From: Tubulanus polymorphus
Lineage: Eukaryota > Animalia > Nemertea
Reading direction: 5' to 3'
NCBI RefSeq assembly: GCF_964204645.1
Contig: NC_134028.1
Location: 8,804,001 to 8,868,000 of the forward strand
DNA: 64,000 nucleotides
Below the pieces are notes generated by a model. That model saw only the letters and a program-made list of their open reading frames with translations, was not told where the DNA came from and searched no databases. Made by a program: the position numbers and the translations under genes. Of this stretch, positions 56,492-64,000 are shown one piece after another. How positions within the stretch are numbered: position 1 is the stretch's first letter; each line of letters opens with the position of its first letter.

Positions 56492-58589
56492 CTACTATCT
56501 CGAAGTTTCATTTTCGGACTTTTTTTATTATCATTGTGGGATTCTCTCCTCATCGCGTCAACACGGATATAGTGTTCTACCAATCGTGATTCACTAAGTT
56601 TATTTTAACTTTCTGTAGACCAACTTTCGTTTGCGAGAAAATTGCCAGGTCATCAGCATACATTAAACAGGGGATTAAGTATCATTAAGAGGAGGTGTAT
56701 CGCAGTCTTAAAAAATGTAAATGATATAATTAATTGAAATATTGAAAAGTAAAGGGCTTAATATGTTCCCTTGATGGATGCCTACGTTTTCAGGGAATGA
56801 ATCGGACATGATCGTATGATTCTGCACTTGAGAATTATAGCATTGCTATAGGTCATCAGTTTACGACATCATTAATCAGATGTTTGTCTAGAGAGTGGCA
56901 CATCGTATTTAAAAAAACGACATATTTGAAGTAAAAAAAGTCGGTGGGCATGGGTCTATTTTTGCGTCCTTCGGTTCAAGCTTGCTACGGTGATATCGCT
57001 ACGATTAAAGCTGAACAAGGACGGCGTCGCAATTTGATGAATGTGAGGCAGGTAATTGTGTTTAGTCAGCGGCGTAGCTACCGGTGCGGTTGGTCCGAAA
57101 TATGTCGGACCAATCATTACCAAGGTGGTTCTTCTTTGCTGGTCTGAAAAATCCCCAGAATGCACTAAATTACATTGTCAATTTTCAAAAGTTTCTTCTC
57201 CGGTTCCACGCTCCGAGGCAATGATTTATTTATATTATATGTTTGACCATTAATCTTTTGGTTGCTACTCCCCTGTTAGTTTACTGTGCCGAATATATGA
57301 AATGCGAATGTTCTAAGTCAGGCAATTTCGGGTCCAATGTTGATAAAATTCTGACTTATATTGCTGGGGCCGGTTGCTTAAAGGTTGTTTAATTCTAACC
57401 AGTCGTTAAGCTAAGACTGGTTATTGAATGCAAATTTGGCGAATGGCTTGGCCGGTTGAACGCTTTTGGCCTAATTATTCTCACATTTTGACTTTGATTT
57501 TTTTGCAAGCAACGGGGAGGGATTCCACCAGGTAAAAATACCCCCCCCCCTCCTCCCGGTAAATATCCCCCAGGTAAAAAATCCCCCAAATTTGATTTCA
57601 CAGCAAAATTCAATAGAATACTTCAATATTCTTGTGTTGAAAAACTTAAAAATTTCAAAGTGTTTTTAAAATATTCGTGCACCTTTGATTATCTGCGACT
57701 TTTATCTACGTTCGTTTTATGCCGCCTTAGATTTCCTGACGTGGCAAGCTCCAATAGTGTATTAAACAGATCGTAGTCTATTTGTGTTATGATTGAGCCT
57801 GAACTATTTGGTACTGGTACATCTTATATTAATTTCAGTGTGCGTCAGAAAAGTTTTGAATGTTGCATACCGGTCTACACAGACACCTAAAGTGGTTTCC
57901 GCTGGTCTGTACTATACTGCAAAGCTGAATTCCGCAGAACTTATTTCAAATCGATTTTATTCCGCCAGCATAAACATATTTCCGATCAGAAATACACTGG
58001 TATTATACCAGTGCAGTCACCATTGATGGGTGTTATATAGCCATTTATAGTGAAATTGTATCTTTGGATCGCGCATTTTTTTAGCTTCATATATAATATT
58101 AATTCAATTTTCACTCATCATAGAATAACTGTTCTGTATTTGTAAGTGTGGATGAGGCTACATTGTTATATATAGAAAGGTCCTGCTACTACAGATTTCA
58201 CTGATAATCTGCAATGGTCTAAATCACTTATAAGGTCCAAAGTTAAATTGCTCAAAGCTTTTAATCCATATTGTTCCAACTCATAATTTAGTTTTTGTTA
58301 GATAAATTAACTTTCAGGACGCCTATTACATCTAAAACATCTAATATGGCAGCATTGTAAAGATTTTCAATAAAATTTCCATAAGTTTGAAACTGGAATG
58401 ATTGAACATAGTATTAAACATAAACCTAAAGGAATGATTAGCCTGAAAGTTCTGGCGGGTTCGTCATCACAGCAAGCGCCGCTGCGCCAAGATGTTGTGT
58501 ACTTTACTTCTCCAATGCTCACGATCTGTAGTAATTTGTTTTAGCATTTCAATATCTGATGTTCTATTGTTGAGGTTTAGTTTAAAAAT

Positions 58590-59284
58590 TCAGTATGCGG
58601 TAAAAATCCCCTAGATAAAAATTCCCAAGGTGAAAATCCCCTCAGTAAAAATTCCTAATTCTTTCAAGTTGGTAAAAATCCCCCACCTTTTGACTTACAG
58701 TGTGCAACTAGATTCAATCATAAGGTGAATTAATTCAAATTGATATATCCAATTTATTCATATTCTATTGTATGGTATAGCAAAAGAGTATCATGAGCAT
58801 ATTAATTATTGTACAATTGAAATTAGAAAATACTACACAGTTCATTAATACTAAATTTAAAATAAAAGTTATCGCACAGTTCAAGTATATCGCAAGTTAA
58901 AAAGAGTTCATCGCACAGTTAAAATTTACACTAGCTTTAATATGAAATATTCCAAATTAAAAGTTAATTATTTCTCATAATTTATCGCATCGCACAGTGA
59001 AATAGGCCTATACCACGTTTAAAAGAGTTATTCAGTTCGAATTAAAAAAAGTTCATCAATTCCATTACTTCTAAGAATTTATTTACAAATTTATTGCAAC
59101 GAAAGAGTTCATTGTACGTTGCAGTTTTATTGCAAATGAATAGAATTGAAGAAATATCTTGCTTTGAAATGTTCTTGAAAATTCGCTAAGTGGAGATTTT
59201 TACCTACTTTCAAGATTTGGGGATTTTTACCTGGGATATTTTTACCTAAGGGATTTTTACCCAGGGGATGTTTACCTACAACCG
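58590..59284. mobile_element. Non-autonomous DNA element with subterminal GGTAAAAATCCCC repeats
   Basis: Repeats are in opposite orientation at the two ends. Further left-end copies occur at 56031-56065 and 57530-57590. Flanks read AAAATT on both sides. Confidence 0.6.
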
Positions 59285-59689
59285 CAAAATTCAATTCACT
59301 GTTACACAGTGTGTATGGGGGGCATTTTACATTTTTTTCAATTCTAGCATACTTTGCAGTCCTGCCAACTAAGTAAATTACGGTGTTACGAGTGGGTGCT
59401 CAAAAATACGTTTTCAGTTTATTTTCATTACGTTTTAGGGAAAATTTCTAATGTTGTTACGATACTCTAAATCAAATGTCACGAAAGAAGTCTAAACACG
59501 TTGATTTTATTGTCGGGAACAAAACTGATATAATGTTTATTTCGTCAAAGTGTTTACACTTGTATGACAATAATAATAAACTGAACAAAATTATAAATAT
59601 AGATGGCATTACGTTTTCACAATACAATATCTTAATTGATATAGATAATATAATTATTTAAATCATTTAATTAGTATCACTTAGGAGAG

Positions 59690-60750
59690 ATCTTCTGTGT
59701 CTGAACATCCCTAACAAATATTTTTCAATATTAGTTAATCTCCCGATTGACTGCGAGCACAGAAGCTCTACAAATTTGAAAATATTTGGATTACAGTGTA
59801 GTATCTTGGTAATAGGTCATAATGTACAGATACGGTTTTCTCTAGGAGTTACCGGTCTGGTCCATCTGCCGCTTTCAATTGCCAAATTATGGCTACTACA
59901 TCGAAATTTTGAAATAATATTGACAATATCGTTAATATCAAGATTTTTTTCGTACTAAAAGTTGTTTTTGAATTCTCTTACAATGAACATTTTTGGCTAT
60001 TGTTAAGCGTCTCAGACCACGATTGAATATATTGGTCTTTTAGTCTTTGCTCGACTAATTTCAAAAAGACATTTCGGTTACCAACAGATTGCTAACTGCT
60101 GAGATTTTAGCATCAATAGAAATGGGGAAACGTCCTAGTTCTCCATACACCATTACATTTGGGGCCGAGGAGCGAAGGTTAAGTACAGATTTACAAAATT
60201 TAGTACGAACAAGTTCTAAATTTCTGATATTATCAGCGAACCAAATTTGGCTACCGTACAATGGGACCGATTTTACTAAAGAGTCAAATATTTGGAGTTT
60301 CATCTTCGGCGATACAAGCCTAGCATTTAAAAGATACATTTAAAGTGCAAAGTAAGCTTTGAGGCCCTGATCTGCTTGAGATTTGACAGCTAGGGAATTT
60401 TTCCCGTCGCAGGATACAACTATGCCTAGATATTTAATTGGTATACCTCTTCTAAAATTTATCCGTTGTAATACAGTTCTAATTTGTTAGATAAGTTCTT
60501 TCGGCCTATTTTCATAGTTTTGGTTTTTTCCGAGTTTACAGATAATCTCATTTCCTTACAGTAGTCCGATAAAAGATTTAAAGCACGTTGAAGATCTTCG
60601 TGCGAATTGTCTAATATGACAGTGTTATCTGCATAAAGAAGAATATATAGTTTAAGTAGTCCAAAATCGACACCGGGATGGCCATTTTTAATAAAATATT
60701 GCTCTAAGTCATGAATATACAGGTTAAAAAGTGTAGGGGAAATACATTCT
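59690..60750 (-). mobile_element. Decayed LINE ORF2 fragment
   Basis: ILLYADN, LQIFDSLVKS..LYGSQIW, FCK.VL, VYGELGRFP, LAIESGRW, CTLC. Confidence 0.85.
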
Positions 60751-60899
60751 TACTTTTATATCAGACTTCCGGCCGCATCGTGTATACATCCGCCGTTTTG
60801 ACCGAATAATCCGATTTACTTATCATTTCTATCTATGCCTGCTGCTTCTGATATAATCATACATCCATTACTATTACAATACGTCTGTTCGTGATTTCA

Positions 60900-63280
60900 A
60901 TGCAAAATAATATTTCTTTTTAATTTTACTTTTGACAATAATTCAGTTCCAAAGGATTGGGTACATGCTAATATTTTGCATGTTTCCGAAAAGCTCAATG
61001 ATAGACACGTATAACCCAATTAACTATCGTGGTATTTCTTCATGTATATGTATATTTCTCTTCTTTCATCTTTCTCTTGTATACTGCTATTCTTAATGCC
61101 GAATTTCTAAATTTTGTGAGGCAAACGGGTTGTTTTCAGATTGTCAGGATGGTTTTAGGAAAAATAGACCATGCCAAGACCATGTATTAATGATAATAAT
61201 AATGATAATAATAATAATAATAATGTCACATTTATATAGCGCCTGTTTCACTAATAATAATGTTCACCAGCGCTTTGAATGGTAGTGGTGCTGAATTCAC
61301 AGAGCATAGGCTTTGCAGAAAAGCAAATGTTTTACTCTCTGTCTGAAAGTGTTGATTTCAGTTATATTCCGTATATTTGCGTCGAGAGAGTTCCACAGAG
61401 TTGGAGCAATACATTGGAAGCTACGTCCACCAAAGGTTTTAAGACGGTAGCGATACGTGGTTAGAAGATTGCAAGAACTGGATCTAAGTGATCCAGTATT
61501 CGCTCTGACAAGCATCATTAACCAGAACAAAGCTAAAAAGAAACACACATTTTGTTGTTTCGTCGATTTCCAGAGGTTTTTTTATTCAATTTACCGTAAA
61601 TTGCTCTTACATTTAAATTAGCTGAAATAGGAGTCTGTGGTAAAATGTATTGGACAGTAAAAATTCTTTATGAAAATACCAGATGTAGAGTAAAATTAGG
61701 GCCAGACTTTTTCACACGATGGTTCGAAAGTGAAAACGGAGTGCGTCAGGGCGACCCTTTGTCGCCTACCCTTGCGAACCTTTTTTTAAATGATCTTCTT
61801 TTAGAACTCAGTGAGAATACTGATCAAAATGTATTGACAAGAGTATGCCAACGATATTGTGCTCATCGCAAACTCAGAAATTGAGTTACAATTGCTTATT
61901 GACAAAGCTAGTTAATGGCGTAAAAAATGGGAACTACTTAATACTGATAAAACACAAATCGTTCACTACCGTAATCCAAGAAAGGGGAGAACGAATTATA
62001 CATTTAAATGGTATGGCGATGAAATGCTATAAATATTAAGCGTTTATTTAGACTGTAATCTTAATTTCAAAAGAACATTTCATTAAAATTGCACCCTCCG
62101 GTGGCAGGGCCTTGGGCCAATTAATGCCTAAGTTCACACAATTCAAAAATATGGGATATAAGACTTTCAGAAAAACGGTACGAAAAAAGAGTCGATCCAA
62201 TTCGAAATTATAGTGCAAAAGTATGGGGATACAGAGATTTGATGGAAATGGAACGAGTTCAAAATAGAGCATGTCGATACTAATTAGGATCGAGTGAACC
62301 CTCTTACCCCTTTGTCTTTTCTATATGCTGATATGGGTTGGCTTCCCTGCAAATTTAAGCCTTATTCGTGTCTAATTCGATTTTGGAACCGGGTGATAAT
62401 GTGAATAACAACCGACTGGCAAAAAAGATTTTCTGTAAAGAGTTCCAAAACTTCAAAACCAACGATATCTTCTCGGGTTGGATTCCGTCTTTTGATAAAA
62501 ATTTGTCGTGAGCAGTTTAAGAACTAATGTAAATTCAAACTATGTGAAAAAAGAAATCATTGGACTAGCAGCTAAAGAATTTAAGAAAGCGGTTGAATCA
62601 AAACCAAATCTCCACAGTTACAAGAAATTCAAATTGACTATTGATACTGAACCATATATAATACAATGCCAATCGAGATATAAACGGTCATTGATAGCCC
62701 AATTTAGAAGTGGAACATTGCCTTTACATATTTAAATAGGCCGTCGTCTAAACATTATTCTTGAAAACCGCATTTGTACCTTTTGTGATTTCAGTTTTAT
62801 TGAAGATAAATATCATTTTGTTCAGATTTGCCCCAACTATACTGAATTTCGATCTATCTTACATACTACAGCAAAAAATAAATTGGAAGACTTTGAATTA
62901 AAATCACCCTGATCCTTATTTATATGTAGGCCTATCATGAAAAACCTTCAAATTGAATTTTCACACTATATCTCATCAGACTGGACAAAAAGGAACTCGT
63001 CGTGTGCTTGAATAAAAAACATCGAAGAACTTTCCCCTTTTTCTCCTGTGCTATCTGCCTATCGTAGCCGATTCTTTTTTTCTTCTGTTACTCGTATGAA
63101 TCTGGCCATGATTTTGTTTGATCTATGTTATTTTCTCACTCTCTCACACATAACTTGTAGCTTTTATGTATAACTGTAAATACAATTGTGACTTGTAAGC
63201 CCATTTGGGCTGGGCAACAATTTATATCTTATATGTTAATCTAATTAATATGTGTATGTCACATAAATAAATAGATAAAA
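60900..63280 (+). mobile_element. Heavily decayed LINE ORF2 with AATAAA tail
   Basis: NYRGISS, GFRKNR.CQDHV, CFVDF, GVRQGDPLSPTL, AQFRSGTLPL, IC.FC....EDKYHF...CP. Confidence 0.85.
61188..61502 (-). mobile_element. L2/CR1-type LINE 3' end nested in the LINE above
   Basis: GGRSFQCIAPTLWNSL...FRQRVKHLLF, then an AGGCGCTATATAAAT end and an (ATT)n tail. Confidence 0.8.
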
Positions 63281-63679
63281 ATAATTTATTTCGACTATCA
63301 AATAGGGCTAATTATATAATCACAGGAAGACATTCTACATCTTTGTCAATAATATTTCGCCAAATATCTTGTATGTGTACACATAGACCTGTGACGTTTT
63401 GCACATCGATTTACTGTTGTGATTTGTAAAAAGACGCTTGAATGGTTAACATTGTTTAGGTATCATTGTTTTTTTCGTGGTAACGAAACAATTTTTGAGG
63501 TGGTCAAACAGATTGAACCATGGAAATTACCCAAAGATTAAAACGAGGTCGACTGTAGCATCAGAAATAGTATAGTCAGACAGATGTCTCATTCAGAACA
63601 TGACGTTCAACCTATATGACAGAAGTCACACGACATTTTTCACGATTTCAGTAGTTCATGTGCAAGAGCATACAACGGA

Positions 63680-64000
63680 GGGTGACACCTGCGAAAAACA
63701 ATCGGCGTTATCGGCAGCCATCTCCGTAAAAACGTGGACCCTCTACCATACATAAAATAGCAATCAATAAAGTCGTTTTAAGTTCATATAAGTTCATATT
63801 ACGATCGGGATGAAAACGTCAGGGTGACACCTGCGAAAAAGAAAAACACATTTTAATCGGCGTTATCTACTATGAAATACAGATGCAGCCATCTCCGTAA
63901 AAACGTGTGTACCCTCTACCATATATAAAATAGCAATCAATAAAATTGAATAAGTTCATATTCCGATCGGGTGAAAACGTATGTATTTCTGTTACAAGCT
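63680..64000 (+). repeat. Two tandem copies of a segment also at 16350-16525
   Basis: GGGTGACACCTGCGAAAAA...GCAGCCATCTCCGTAAAAACGTG...CGATCGGGTGAAAACGT. The second copy is almost identical to 16350-16525. Confidence 0.9.

Larger units (their letters stand above)
56312..56588. mobile_element. Penelope-like pseudo-LTR insertion with inverted duplicate
   Basis: 110-bp inverted arms (56311-56420, 56443-56552), flanked by the direct repeat ATTCACTAAGTTT at 56299-56311 and 56589-56601. Confidence 0.8.

Overview
AT-rich, intron-containing animal (invertebrate) genomic DNA, not prokaryotic; the species cannot be determined from the window. All gene models were built by hand from GT-AG sites and phase checks. 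(1) A 9-exon minus-strand DEG/ENaC channel (23248-30215, about 910 aa) has a knuckle region expanded from about 20 aa to a roughly 470-aa, nearly Cys-free, helical-looking segment. This is the best candidate for an uncharacterised system. (2) An inverted segmental duplication (1-8400 vs 29780-36881) shows reciprocal decay. The left arm keeps an intact TSSK-like kinase and a near-complete GPCR but only an orphan first exon of the channel. The right arm carries the channel's connected exon 1, a kinase pseudogene and a GPCR with a 990-nt deletion. (3) The kinase C-terminal tail carries about 12 R-R/K-x-S/T motifs. (4) There are three paralogous carbohydrate sulfotransferase (CHST11-like) loci: one intact, one with an in-frame TGA, and one with only exon 1 in the window. 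(5) A second GPCR is frameshifted and abuts a 1.76-kb foldback element. (6) TE relics are abundant: Penelope-like GIY-YIG fragments, an inverted pair of minimal hammerhead motifs flanked by a TSD, a Merlin transposase, an IS3EU-like MITE, several LINE fragments, and mini/microsatellites. No database searches were run, so novelty claims are untested.
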